From Eledone cirrhosa (taxonomy: Eukaryota): 64,000 nt of DNA. The notes under the pieces were generated by a model that ran no database searches, was not told the DNA's origin, and worked only from the letters and a program-made list of their open reading frames with translations. Location: the NCBI GenBank assembly GCA_964016885.1, contig OZ024761.1:16802001-16866000 (forward strand). Direction: 5' to 3'. A program made the position numbers and the translations under genes. Below, piece by piece: positions 44,131-61,108 of this stretch. Within the stretch, counting starts at the first letter, position 1. Every line of letters begins with the position of its first letter.

Positions 44131-44847
44131 ATTCCTTTGTCACCTTTTATGTGAGGTTTGGCAATTTGAGATCATTTAGCTTTAATTTTTTATTTTATAA
44201 TCATCTTTCAAGAACATTTAACATTTATTCACAACTATAAACAGAATATATGAGAGAAATATTTGTAATAATAAAAGAGAAAAAGATTGAATAGCGAGGA
44301 GTGGCAGACTCTAGACCTCTGTCTTGGTGGTATATCTTAGCTGTGCTCCACAGACAAAATGGCAACAACCAGTAACCCCTCTGTTTCTGGGTTCAGTGTT
44401 TGTTTTCTTTTTTTTCCTTTTGAATAGTTTTATTGGTTTCAGTTATTTGACTGGAGCCATGCTGGAGCATTACAGGGCTTTTAGCCAACTCCACTACTTT
44501 ATTTATTGAGTGGCTGAGTTAATTTTTTGACACCCACACACACCCTATATTTAACTGGTATCGTAACAAATATACAAATATTAACAGAGAGGGTCACTGT
44601 ATATATGTGGTTAAGCATCATTGTATTAGCATAACATATCAGTTTTATAGTTAAACTAATTGGTACTTCAGTATGTGATATAGTTAGATGTTGGGTTAGT
44701 AACATATTAACATCATAACATGTCTAGCTGTCCGTTGTATTGTTAAACTAAATGGTCCGACTGTATGTAATATATGTATATGTAGTGTAGATATATGGTT
44801 AGGTTATTCACTGTATTGACATGACCGTAACAAATGTTATTTTCCAG

Positions 44848-45010
44848 AAGGAGAAAGTAGCCAGTCCAGATAGTAAAGACAAAGAAGAAAGCATGCAAGT
44901 TGATGAACCCATTTCTAAAAAGGAAGAAGAAAGCAATGTTAAAGGCAAAGATGAGGATAAAGAAAAGGATACAAAGATGGAGGTCGATGAAGTCAAAGAT
45001 CTGAAGTCCG
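44848..45010 (+). CDS. Mi-2: Mi-2 exon 23, E/K/D-rich (CAGAAG tandem acceptor)
   Basis: tttccag|KEKVASPDSKDKEESMQVDE...DLKS|gtaagt; phases fit. Confidence 0.82.
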
Positions 45011-45272
45011 GTAAGTGTGTCGTCTTGTCTTCTTTTTGTCTGTGTCTTGTCTGTCTGTCTGTCTTGTCTAATATTTAATGTCTGTATATCTTCTTGCTTG
45101 ATGTCTAATGTCTGTTTTTTGTTAACTATGTAATGTCTGTGTCTCTTCTTGTCTAATGTCTCTCTGTATGTCTAGTATGTAATGTCTGTATGTCTAATAT
45201 GTAATGTAATGTCTGTAAGTTATGGCCTCAGATATTTAAGATAAACTGTTTGTAATCTTTTTCCATTGTCAG

Positions 45273-45413
45273 ACAAAGAAAAATCTGGAAGTGATACAAA
45301 AGAATCAAAGTCTGAAGAAAAAATGGAAACTAATGATAAAGTGAAGAAAGAAGAAAAGGTTAAAGATAAGAAAGAAGGGGAGAAACCTGATGAAAAGGAT
45401 GAGAAGAAAACAG
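45273..45413 (+). CDS. Mi-2: Mi-2 exon 24, E/K-rich
   Basis: cag|KEKSGSDTKESKSEEKMETNDK...DEKKT|gtacat; phase 1-1. Confidence 0.82.
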
Positions 45414-45830
45414 GTACATTGTTCTCTTTCTATTACTATTTCTCTCTGTTGCTCTCATTCTCTCTCTCTCTGTCACTCTATTGCTATCTCTCTCTCTCTC
45501 GTGCTCTCCGTCTCTCTGATGAGAGATACTGTAAATGTACATCAGTGCCTCACTCTGTCTCTCTCTCTCTCAACCACACTTACAGTGTGTACTGGGTGCT
45601 TTTTGTTGTGTCACACACACCTACACGACCTCTTTACAGTTTGGGCTGGGTGCTTTTTGTTGTGAATAATATATATTAAAATATATATTTTGTTGTGTAT
45701 TACTAGGTGTCAGTGATGAAATATTATTAAAATGTATATTGTATTATTAGATGATAGTGATGGAACAATATATATTAAAATGTATATCATGTTTATTACT
45801 AGATGACAATGATGAGTTAGTATATATTAA

Positions 45831-47466
<1,636 letters not shown>

Positions 47467-48055
47467 GATTGGTGATATCCCACCATCATTGATCTATTGC
47501 AGTCATTGGCAAACTGTGGTTTGTTTGGCTTTTGAATGGCACACCTAATTTTGAAAGTGCCTTCAATGTTTTAGTAGTGTGGCCTGCCATAGGAGACACA
47601 TTCTAAGTGGCCCACTGTTTGAAAAGGGTTGCCTCTGCCTAGTCTATCGAATGGACTCTCTTTCAATTGTTTTGAAATCCTTATTATATTTTTGATTTGT
47701 GATATTCTGCTATGATCGAATTTTGCCTTTCATCCTTCCAGGTGTTGATTAAAAAAAACAAAACAAGTACTGGGGGTCGATATAATCGACTTTCCCTCCA
47801 TTGCTGCGCTCTGGTGCCAATGTTAAAAAGAATTATTATTGACTCTTAACACTCTCACATGTCTCAGTCTATTCTTGTGTTTGTGTTTACCTCAGTTAAT
47901 CAGCCAACTTACTCCTTACTCTCACTCTCACCTGCTTTGTCTATTCTTGTTTGTCTTGTTCATCTCACTTAATCAGTTGACTTATTCCTTAGTCTCATTC
48001 TCACCTGCTCTCTGTCTATTCTGGTGTTTGTGTTTGTCTTGTTCTTCTCACTTAA

Positions 48056-48289
<234 letters not shown>

Positions 48290-49006
48290 TGAATTTGGTG
48301 ACTACATGCATATCATTATCATCACCATCATTTTTTGATGTCTGTTTATCGATGCTTATGTATCATCATTTAGCATCCGTTTTCCCTGCTAGCAAGAGCT
48401 GGACGTGTCATCATAGACCGGTTAGTATTCAAGTGGAGCCACCAGTCTCTGGGTGAGTCAAGGGTCAGGAATATGATCCCGTCCTGTACAATTTTATTGT
48501 GGCACCAACACTAGTGCAGTTGTCATGCTTTTGGCACAGATGAAGACTCTTCCTGACTCTTTCTTTGTCAGGTTTTCTACAGCAGGGTGCCTTTCCTATC
48601 ATCTACCACTTCACAAGGTGTACTGTGTGTTTATCCTGTAAACCATTGCTACTAGGGAGGTTGTCGTGTAAACCATCACCATTAGTATGGTTGTCAAGTC
48701 TATGGCCCAGCTGAAGAGACCTCTCGACTGATTAGCAGGTTTTCTGTGGCTGGATGTCCTTTGTATCACCTACCTTTACAGGGTGTACCGATTATGTAAA
48801 CCACCACAACTGGGGAGGTTGTCCTGTAAACCACCACCACTGTGGAAGGTTGTCCTGTAAACCACTACCACTAGGGAGGTTGTTAAATCTGACTCAGTTA
48901 AAGAGTCCCCCCAACCTTCTGTATGTTTGTTTATATAACTAAACCATTGTTTCTATATTACATAACTAAAACATTGTTTCTATATTATATAACTAAAACA
49001 TTGTGT

Positions 49007-49371
49007 ATCATCATCATCATCATCATCATTTTACGTCCGCTTTTCCCTGCTTGCAAGGGTGGGTCGGGAACTGATTCTGGCTTGATTTCTACAGCTGGAT
49101 GCCCTTCCTAACACCCTCATTTACAGTGAGTGCTGGGTGCTTTTTTCCGTGGCGCCTACATGTTCACTTTACAGTGTGGGCTGGGTGCTATTTTGCAGTG
49201 GAATGATAGGGACTCCAGTCCCTATCATCTCATTTCTACAGCTGAGTAAACTGGAGCAATGTGAAATAAAGTGTCTTGTTCAAGGAAACAACACATCACC
49301 CGGTCTGAGAATTGAACTCACAACCTTTCGATTGCAAGGCCAATGCTCTAACCACTAAGCCATGTGCCTCC
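49007..49371 (-). mobile_element. tRNA-derived SINE family B variant
   Basis: Same head and tail with an extra internal module. Confidence 0.88.
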
Positions 49372-49462
49372 ATATATTACTTGACTAAACTGTATATATT
49401 ACTTAACCATATATTACTTAACCATATATTACTTAACTAAACTGTATATATTACTTAACTAA

Positions 49463-49594
<132 letters not shown>

Positions 49595-49597
49595 TAA

Positions 49598-49942
<345 letters not shown>

Positions 49943-50363
49943 TAATCATTACACATCTATCTATGTCTTTACTCATTATACTTTTACTTGCACATCTATC
50001 TATCTTTACTCATTATACTTCTACTTGTATATCTATCTGTCTTTACTCATTATACTGTAATGACATACAGAGTTTCTTGGGCATTTTAAGCCTGCTGGAG
50101 CCCACCTCTCTCCAGACCTATACTTCTACTTGCATATGTCTCCACTTATTATACTTCTACTTGTATATCTATATATCTACTCTCATACTTCTACTTACAT
50201 ATCTATCTGTTTTTCTTACACTTCTCCTTAGCCATCTTATATAATAATGTGAGATATGTAATAAAAGACTGATAATTTTCAAAATGATGATATTTCAGGG
50301 CTATCACCCTCTTTTCAAATGTGGAGTTGAAACAGTTAAAATCAAAACAAAACAATTTTTTAA

Positions 50364-50753
<390 letters not shown>

Positions 50754-51762
50754 CAAACTTGTGTGACATTCCAAGCACAAAACTCCCTCCCCTGCTCCCC
50801 ACATCCAACCCACTGTAACCATCTTCCCCTTCCTTTGTTTCCCCTCTCTCCCACCCTCCCTCATTCTGCTATTCTTTATAATATCCTCCTCTTCCTTTCC
50901 TGGAGCCTAGATAATGATATAAAGAGGGCTTGGCAGGAAAGGGTCAGATTTATTTTTTATTTTTATTATCATTCTCATTATATCAGCATAAACCATCCTG
51001 CAAAACCTTGTAAATTTCAACTGTGGGTTTTCATACATACAATTGTTAATTTTCATAATTAGCTTAATTATCTTAATTTAAAAAAATATCAAAAATTAAA
51101 TCTTAAGCCTCTGATAAAGAAAACTATTTTTTTTGATCATCTATTTGTAAATGAGATTTTAAAAACCTAGTGAAAATGCAGTTTTTTTTCTCATTTCAAA
51201 TTTGCATGTTGGTTAAGGGCTTTTTTTACGCACACACACATATATATATGCACACGTATATATGTACATACACTCACACAAATATATTTTTTGTGTGTTG
51301 GCGTGTAGTATGAAGTGTAAATTATCTTGTTAGGACTCATCCTCATACACGCATCCCCTGACTAAAATAAAATAAAAATGTTGTCAACAGCAACTGGGAG
51401 TCTCTGTTGGAAACCCAACGGTTTTCCTGACACACTTAAAGCCCCCTTTCCATCTTCCTATTTCAGGGACTAGCACGATTACATTAGCACACTTTCACAC
51501 ACATACATGTGTATATATATTTATTTATATATAGCATGTAATCTGATCTATTTCATTTCCACTGGAATAGTTTTTTCAGAGATTCGTTTTTTCAGAGATT
51601 CTCAATCCAATAAACACCCATGTTTAAACTAGATACATTTTGCATTAGATTAACTCAACGATACATATTTCACAACTTCTAAAAGAATTTACTTGTTGGT
51701 ATATCATCCATCATTAATGATATGCCAAAAACTTCAAATAACAACCCACTGTTTAAAGTGAC

Positions 51763-51820
<58 letters not shown>

Positions 51821-52097
51821 ATAGTTATCTTCAACTCCATGTCATTGCTACCATTAGTTTCCAGCCAGTCCTGCATTTGGTTTAGTTTGTGCATTTGCAC
51901 TTCCTGCATGCAGGACCTTCTTTATTTAGGCATCTACAAAACGTACAAACTAAGCTAACTGCAGGATTGCAAACCTGGTAGTAACAAAAACGTGTTGATG
52001 ATAACTATATTATATCCCAGCTCTGTAGATTACATAGAGCGCTGTGTTCTTTTATCTGTTCTACAGAATCATTTAAAACTACTATATATATGTATAG

Positions 52098-52129
<32 letters not shown>

Positions 52130-52988
52130 ATATATGTATGTATGTGTGTGTGTGTATATAAAAAACTCTTGTCTTTCTATTTAGATTTCAAACTGTCTTT
52201 TGAGTATGTTTGCATATTTTAGTTTTCTTTCCAGGAGCTTTTAGTATGTGATATTATTAAGTTAATTATTCTAATTTAAATTAAAAATTTGTATGGTTTT
52301 GAAGAAAATATTATTTCCTCTGTGTGGTTGGAACCCTAAAATTGTTGTGTATGACCAGCTAAAAGGACAATTTTTTGGTAGTTTATCTTCTCTTTAAATA
52401 CTACTGTTTATAGCAACAACAACAACAACAAAATTAACATCATCCAACTCAGTGATTCATTGGGTCTGATGCTCCAGTTGGGACTTATGTTTGATAAATA
52501 AAAATGATAAAAACAATATTTACCAACTTTTAAAAATAAACCTTAAATCACTTTTAAAAGAAAAAAAAAAGAAGAGAAAAGAGAGGCACTGGCTTATGTT
52601 TGTAATGGTGTCTCACACCGTAAACTATATTTTTAGAACTGTTTAAATCTGTTTCAGTAAATAAAAAATAAACTGGACCAAAGGAACCACATATTCCCAA
52701 ACTTTCTCTCTCTTTTCTTCTCTCGCTCTCCTCTTCCTTCTCCATTGCATTGATAAAGGTCGCTGATACTTCAGTGTTTCTCATGAGAGGGCTCTTCTGT
52801 AAGTGAGATTTTTGTCAAACATTAAAGCATCTTTTAACTACAGGAAATCTTTGTATCTTTTTTTTTCTTTTTTTCCCTTTTTTATGTAATTAAAATCTTG
52901 TGGAATGTTTGTTTTCATCCTTCCTCCCTTTGTGTATATGTTTATATGTATATATGTGTAAGTGTGTGTATGTATGTATGTATGTATG

Positions 52989-53019
<31 letters not shown>

Positions 53020-53204
53020 GTCGGATGTATAATGTATTGATACATGTATGTGTTTGTAGTGTATATATGCATGTGTCTGATGTATTATGTGTGTGTATAT
53101 GTATAAACGTGTGTGTCAGATGTATGGTGTTTGTATACATGTGTGTGTGCATATATATGTACACACATACACGTACACATATAAATGTATGCATGTGTGT
53201 GTGT

Positions 53205-53235
<31 letters not shown>

Positions 53236-53534
53236 TATGTATATATATATTTATATATATGACTTTGATGTTTCTTCTAATCCTTCCTTTATTGTTTCTC
53301 AGTTAACCTTTGTTGCATGTTTGGCTGTCTGTTTGTGTTTGTTTTAGTCTTTTTTTTCTTAATTGCAACCCAAGATGGATTCCGTGGGGGGGTTATATCG
53401 AACCAAAACTCAATACAATGCTTGTTTCATCTTAATTTTTGTTGATTTATTTTTTTTGTTTCATGTTTTCGTTTTTTTTTTTTTTTAGTTTTGGCTTTAC
53501 TTTCATATTTTATTTTGTTTTCCCTAACACTTAA

Positions 53535-53755
53535 CCCATTACTATTTACATTACTCTATATTTACTATTGTATTTTCGTGGTATAGGCTTTACCTCATAT
53601 AATTATCTCATATAATATCGAATCTATGAGATTTTGATGGTATTTATTTTGAAAACAATACCGTAACTTCAGTATGAGTGCCCAGTTATAGCCAATTTGA
53701 ACAAAAAGGGGTGAGAGAATTCTGGCTGGATATGGCCGGTTTAAATGCTAAATGG
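53535..53755 (+). mobile_element. piggyBac-like MITE family A
   Basis: TTAA-flanked, same body. Confidence 0.85.
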
Positions 53756-53989
53756 TTAATCAACTCCTTTCAGTCCATTCCTGAGTGATAAAAGAATTTT
53801 TCTGTGCCATTTAACTCTTAACATCTTGTAATGATGTAGCAGAAAATATTTAAAAACTGTTAATTCAAATGTTTATAGTATTTTTACTGGTGAACAGATC
53901 CTTTTAAAAACGTGCAGTATTCTTAACATCCTGTACATTGAAATAAGTACCTGTAATACACTGAGGTGCTGTTATTATACCCCTGTGAG

Positions 53990-54170
53990 AAAGTGATGGA
54001 TTGGCAGAATTGTTAGAGCATCAAACAAAATGCTTTATGGTATTTAGTTAAGGCTATTTACTTTCTCCTGCCAGGGTTAATAAAGTACCAGTAACGTACT
54101 CGGCTCAATTTAATTGGCATTCCCATCCCCCAACATGGCTGCCCTTGTGCCTAAAGTAGAAATTATTATA
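53990..54170 (+). mobile_element. SINE family A, decayed
   Basis: GGATTGGCAGAATTGTTAGAG head, TAAAGTACCAGTAA, GTGCCTAAAGTAGAAA tail. Confidence 0.65.
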
Positions 54171-54373
54171 TCACTGTGACCTTAATTAATTATTGTGCCA
54201 CTGTGACCCGAAGAAATTATTACATCACTGCGACCCTAATTCCCTTTTTTCTTAGTTTCTGTTGCTGTTTGTTTTATCTCCATATATTTTCACATATTTT
54301 CCATTTCATTTTCACCACAATGTTTTCATTTATATAATCTTCTTGTGGGTCTTTTCAGTTGAATATATATATA

Positions 54374-54694
54374 CAGTGTAACCCCGGCATTCGCGGAACT
54401 TTCCTTAGAACCTAACTAATAATTGTTTGTGGAAACCATGGCATATTCGTGGAATCATAAATATCTTCTGTGATTTTTTTAAATGACTTTTTTCTTGGCA
54501 ATATATATTTTTTTTAAACACTAAATTATTAATAACAATATCCCGCATTTGCTGGCCCATTGGACACCCCTTTGCATAAGATGCTCCCTCTTTTTTTTAT
54601 AGGCATTTTTATGGGCCAAGTCCAATATTGGCGGTTTTTCACTATTTGCGGGTCTTCTAAGAATGTAACCGCGGCGAATACTGGGGAACAACTG
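54374..54694. mobile_element. pogo/Tigger-like MITE
   Basis: TA-CAGTGTAACCCCGGCATTCGC...GCGAATACTGGGGAACAACTG-TA. Confidence 0.7.
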
Positions 54695-55767
54695 TATATA
54701 TATTTTTTATTCCATTTTAATGTGAAGCAGACTAGCTACAGCTGATATCGAGAAACAAGGAGCTGATCTTAAGATTTGTCTGGTTGCAATTGTAATGTCT
54801 TTTAAGTATTGTGGCCCATCATTTCCCAGTGTTTGCCAGAAGTAATGTAATCCATGAGTTCTTTTTTAAAAACATTTTTGTTGTTGCCCAACTAATGAAG
54901 CAAAATATCTTAAAACTAAATAACTTATATTCTTATTTTGTTTAAATAAATAGCTTATAATACATATGCATATACATATATTTGTGTACATTTATATATA
55001 TATGTGTCTATGTATGTCTAAATACATATTTGTGTATGATTTAAAATGTGTTTGCGTGTTTATCTGTATTATGTTTGTGTCATCATCATCGTGTATATAT
55101 ATATATATATATGTGTGTGTGTTATATAATGTTTGTATCTGTGTATGTCTGTATATATATATATATATATATATATGCATATACATGTTTGTGTATGTTT
55201 ATATATGTATGTCTATGTGTAAGTATATGTTTATATATGTATATATATATGAATACATATGTTTGTGTATGATTTAAAATACATTTGTGTTTATATATAT
55301 ATATAAAATGTATGTGTCTGTAGATATGTATGTTTATGTATGTATCTATGTCTATATCAATATATGTATGCATATACATTTTTGTATATCTATGTATGTA
55401 TATATATATGTGTGTGTGTGTGTGTATATGAATATACATATGTTTGTACATACATATATGTATGTATGTATATATTTGTGTTAATGCACAATTCAGTAGT
55501 TTGATGGTGATTGTCAAGAAGCGTATATACAGTTTGTTGTGAGAGAGATATCTCTTTAGAAATGGTTCCATAGTCCAGCAGTAATATGCTGTCCCTGAAA
55601 ACCAATTGATTTTCTGAAGATTGATTTCTGTTTATTGATTTCTGTTTATTGATATATTTGGTGTCTATAATGATATTTTTTTTCTGTTCTGTATCACTAG
55701 GATTATGCCAAAATCAATATAATTTTAACTGTTCCGTTATTTAGAGTAGATTTTTGTTTTTCTTTTA

Positions 55768-56570
55768 TTACAGCTCACATCTATTTAGGTTGAAATGACC
55801 ATTTATGAGGTGAGGTTGTATAACATAGGTGGTTTCTTAGGTATTTTAATGATAAGGTCTCTGAGTCCTGTCATGATATAAGCATATATGTTGTTACAGC
55901 TCACATCTATTTAGGTTTAAGCTGACCTTCCACGAATTTAGGTGAGCTGTCTCTCATGAGGTTGGGAGGTTGTATATCATAGGTGGTCTCTTGGGTATTT
56001 TAATGGTAGGGTCTCCTAGTCCTGTCATGATATATACATCATATGTTGTTACAGCTCACATCTATTAAACCGGCCCTATGTGACCAGAATTCTGTCACCT
56101 CTTTCTGTTCAAACCAGACTTAACTGGCCACTCATACTGACATAAAAGGTATTGTTCTCAAAATAAATAATATCAAAATCTCATAGATTTGATATTGTGT
56201 GTGAGATAAAGCCTTTACCATGAAAATACAATTGTGTATATATATATATAGAGGAACGTAAATGCTAAAAGGTTAAGTTTAGCTGACTTTCCATGCAGTT
56301 GTGAGGTTGTATCTCATAGGTGGTTTCTTGGGTACTTTCATGATATTGTCTGCTAGTTCTGTCATGATATAACATACATATGTTGTTACAGCTCACATCT
56401 ATTTAGGTTTAGCTGACCTTCCACGATGTATATGATAGGTGGTATCTTGGGTGTTTTAATGATACCCCCCCAATCCTATCACATTTTTATTGGTACAGTT
56501 CAGATCAAATCTATTCAGGTTTAGTTGATCTCACATGAGGTATCTTATAGGTTTCTTAGGTATTTCAACA
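55768..56570. repeat. Degenerate ~120-160-bp tandem repeat interrupted by a MITE A (56066-56272)
   Basis: TTACAGCTCACATCTATTTAGGTTTAGCTGACC recurs about 5 times. Confidence 0.85.
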
Positions 56571-57062
56571 ATACAACTTTCAGCTGATTCTTATGTGGTT
56601 CTTCTAATCAAGCTTATTGTTGAAAGATTACTCAATTCCTTTTTATGAATCCACGACAACACCACCTCACACCCACCACTCTATTTTAGTTTTAGTTTTT
56701 TCACATGAGAGCTACCTAATGGTCTCATGAGAGGAGAGTTACTTAGTAATTTTACAGGAGGAAAGCTACTTAATGGTTTTATGAGAGGGGAGTAACTATT
56801 TATGAGAGGAGAGCTACTGTATTTGTTCATGAGGGGAGAGCTAATATATTTATTAATAAAAGGAGAGCTACATAATAGTTTCATGAGAGGAGAGCTGACT
56901 CCTATACCATTGTTCCAATTTTTTGTCGGTAGTCATTGTAATGTAACGGCCCTGATACTGATGCCATGTTTCTGCTGTTAACTATTACACTTACAATGGT
57001 CTTTAGTGGTTGTCTTAAGAGCAAGGATCTTTATCATTCAGATTGCAACTCACTGGCTAGCA

Positions 57063-57797
57063 TTAACCCTTTCCTTATCATATTTCCAATGAAGGACATT
57101 ACCTATTATTCAGTTGAAAACAAAAATTTTAAGCAATTTAATAATATAACTATCATGTTATTAAGCTGGTGTTTGGAACATAACAATGGTTCTTATATAA
57201 AATTAAATATAAAGACTGACATTTTCATTACCATATTTCTTATGAAAGACTGTCTGTAATTTTAAAAATAAAAGAATTTAAAGAGATTTAGTAATATAAC
57301 TTAATTTTCTCTTTACTCTTTGGAATATAACCTAACAAAGGCTCTTACATGAAATTATGATGTAAGGTTTTTATATATAAATATAAACATTTTAAACCTT
57401 TCATTACCATATTTCTAATGAATGACTGCCTGTAATTAAGAAAAAATAATGATTAAAATAGAATTTAGAGGGATTTGGTAATATAATTATTTTACTCTTT
57501 GGAACATAACCTAACAAAGGTTTTTACATAAAATTATGATGGGAGGTTTTTATATATAAATATAAACATTTAAAACCTTTCATTACCATATTTCTAATGA
57601 ATGACTGCCTGTAATTAATAGACATTCTATAATTTAAAAAAAGTATATTTAGAGAAATTTAGTAAGCTGGTGTTTGGAACATAATGGTTTTTAATGTGAA
57701 ATTTTGATGGAAGTTTTATTTTTTTAATTTAATATAAACAATTTTGTATCCTAGAACAAGGGGTCGTTTCAGATATTCTGGTACCAAAACTGTTAAT
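57063..57797 (+). mobile_element. Second TTAA-CCCTTT MITE-like family with internal tandem duplication; relatives at 14507-14900 and 20606-21247
   Basis: Recurrent CCTTTCATTACCATATTTCTAATGAA and TAAGCTGGTGTTTGGAACATAA. Confidence 0.6.
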
Positions 57798-59337
57798 AAA
57801 TATAACACACACACAACACAAATTAACGTAACACACACAGATCAAAAGGGCTAATATAACACACACGCATACACTCTGACACACTGGAAAACTAAGAAAA
57901 AATATTTAAACTCTTTCTTTAGCAGATGTTCTTATAAATAACTTGTTTTTTTTTAAATTTATTTATTTAAAATCAGCATTTCAAACTGTGGGATCAACCA
58001 TTTTCTACCTATTTATTTCCATCCTGTCCATCTCAAAAGTTTCCCAGTGTTTCTCAGCCCCCTCCAACATTTTCATAGACTCGATACAGCTAGACATGTT
58101 GCTAATCTTGTTTTATTTTGTTGGTGTGTAGCCCCTTTTGACCAGCCGCACCCTTTCCTACCTACAAGTGACCATTTCTCATGGCCACATATTAAACCTG
58201 AACAGCTCCCCAGGACACCAGGGCTTGATTCCTTCCTCAAATCACGTACGTAACTTCTCAGAACCTCTCTACTATATATATATACTGATATATTATTATA
58301 TATATATATATTATATACCCTTGCTGTTTCTGCATGACACTACTACGTTTCGAGAGAGAGGGAGAGAAAAAAACAATTCATTGTATTATTATTTATTAAA
58401 TATTTTTATCTCAAAGTGGTGCTTTTTCGTTGTTCTTTATCTTTGTGTCTCCTTAGAAAAAATATTTATAATTTTGTTTCGATTTTGCCTGGCTAGTATT
58501 CAGTGGTATTTGTGAGTCTCCAATCTTGTAACCAATCTCTCTCTCTCTATCCCCAAATAGTTTTTTTGCCTATTGGTTTCGCTTTAAATAATTCTGTTGT
58601 TTCAAAATTTTATTTTTTTGACAAATCTTGTTTCGTCTATTTCCCTCTCTTTTTCTCGTATGTTTAAAAAAAAAAAAAATCACACAAAGGGTATATTTTA
58701 TTTATTTTGTGCGTACGTGAAATACGTTTTGTTGTAAACCTTCTCCACCACCACCTCTTTCCGCCTCCATACCACCCTCTCCCATCTCCGTTTTGTTTTA
58801 TAATATATAATCTTTTCTTTTTTAAACCTGTGTTCATTGTTTTGTTGTTTGTACATGTATAAACATGTATATATATATGTATATATGTGTATACATATAT
58901 ATACATATATGTATATACATGTTTGTATATGTACATGTATATATATATGTATATACATATATATATGTATATACAAACACATGTATATACATATATATAT
59001 GTATATATATATATATGTATATACATGTATAAACATGTATATATATGTATATATATGTATATATGTATATATATGTATATATGTATATATATGTATATAT
59101 GTATATATATGTATATATATGTATATATGTATATATATGTATATATATGTATATATATGTATATATATGTATATATGTGTATGCATGTATATATGTGTAT
59201 GCATGTATATATGTATACATATATGTATGTATGTGTGTGTGTGTATGTATGTATGTGTCTGTATATATATGTATATATATGTGTATGTATGTAAGTACGT
59301 ATGTATGTATGTATGTATGTATATATATATATATGTA

Positions 59338-59905
59338 CAACCTCTCTCATGGTCGGGTCGTTGGCGACTAAACTGGCAACCCCACCAAGGTTTCTTGGTG
59401 AGGAGGGTGACTTTGGACATCCTGCAGGACTAAAAACAAAACCTGTCAAAGGGCAAAGGAGCTCTTAAGAGTCAATGGCCATCGAAAATCACCGGGAGAG
59501 ATGACCCCTTAGCCTTTGTCAAGGCAGAATTCTAGGAGAAGGAAAACTCTGATATAACACCTGCAACCCTGATGGTATCCAATGATGTTGACATGTTCTT
59601 CTTTTTGGTAAATATCATCTTGGTTAAGAGAGTGGGACTGGCTTTGTGCAGTGCCTTTGCTCACTATAAAAGCTTCACGGCACAGGCATTGCTTTATATC
59701 TGGAGATCTCTCTGCACTTGTCATCACATGGTACCATGGGCCCATGGGGTCAGTAATTGTCACAAGTGTAGTGTTTGTACCAGAGTTTTCAAGTCGCTAG
59801 CTGGACTAAAAAGTCACACTCGTTCAGCGCATCGGTAGGCGTTCTCCTACATGGATATAAAGTAGTGGCCGTACTCGAAAACGAGTTGGCAGCCACCATG
59901 TATGT
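59338..59905 (+). mobile_element. Internally deleted (bipartite) RTE/BovB-like element
   Basis: Putative 5' UTR-like segment, then C2H2 finger [24 protein letters not shown], stop, hairpin CTCGAAAACGAG and (ATGT)n tail. Confidence 0.65.
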
Positions 59906-59928
59906 ATATATGTATGTATGTATATCTG

Positions 59929-59960
<32 letters not shown>

Positions 59961-60698
59961 TGTATGTATATATATATGTATGTGTATGTATATGTATATA
60001 TATGTATATATATGTATATGTATATATATGTATATGTATATATATGTATATGTATGTATATGTATATATATGTATATATATGTATATGTATATATATGTA
60101 TGTGTATATATATGTGTATATATGTGTATATATGTGTATATATGTATGTATATGTATATATATGTATATATATGTATGTATGTATATGTATATGTGTATA
60201 TATATATGTTTATGTGTATATGTATATATATATATACGGGGTAACAAATAATAGTTATATCCAGTCCCCTTAGGTGTAGTCCAGTTATGGTATTCCAGGT
60301 AGTGGATGATATCAACGCTAGGCTTGGCTTGACTCAACAAGGCGTATTCATAGTGATGTTGCGAGTATGCTGTAATTCCTATGTTGTAAACACTTGGAGT
60401 AATAATAAATCATGTATATGTATATGTGTATATATGTATATATATGTATGTATATGTATATACATGTATATGTATATACATGTATATGTATATACATGTA
60501 TATGTATATACATGTATATGTATATACATGTATATGTATATACATGTATATGTATATACATGTATATGTATATACATGTATATGTATATACATGTATATG
60601 TATGTATATGTATATACATGTATATGTATATATATGTAATGTATATGTATATGTATATGTATGTATATGTATATATATATATATGTATATACATTAAT

Positions 60699-61033
60699 GG
60701 AGGCACATGGCTTAGTGGTTAGAGCATTGGCCTTGCAATCGAAAGGTTGGGAGTTCAATTCTCAGACCGGGTGATGTGTTGTTTCCTTGAGCAAGACACT
60801 TTATTTCACATTGCTCCAGTTTACCCAGGTGTAGAAATGAGATGATAGGGACTGGGGTCCATATCATTCCACTGCAAAGTGGTCGTGGAGGCGCCACGGC
60901 AAAAAAGCACCCAGCACTCACTGTAAATGAGGTTGGTGTTAGGAAGGGCATCCAGCTGTAGAATTCAAGCCAGGATCAGTTCCCGTCCCACCCTTGCAAG
61001 CAGGGAAAAGTGGACGACGTAAAATGAAAATGA
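60699..61033 (+). mobile_element. tRNA-derived SINE family B, full length
   Basis: A-box TGGCTTAGTGG, B-box GAGTTCAATTC, CCTTGAGCAAGACACTT, RTE tail. Confidence 0.9.
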
Positions 61034-61046
61034 TATATATATATAC

Positions 61047-61108
<62 letters not shown>

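Noticed and set aside
45510-45560. CTGATGAG as a hammerhead core
   Set aside because: No stem II or GAAA partner.
50754-53500. Polyadenylation site of Mi-2
   Set aside because: There are many AATAAA hexamers in AT-rich DNA and none can be chosen from sequence alone.
60699-60770. tRNA gene
   Set aside because: The A and B boxes belong to a multi-copy SINE head; I found no complete cloverleaf.
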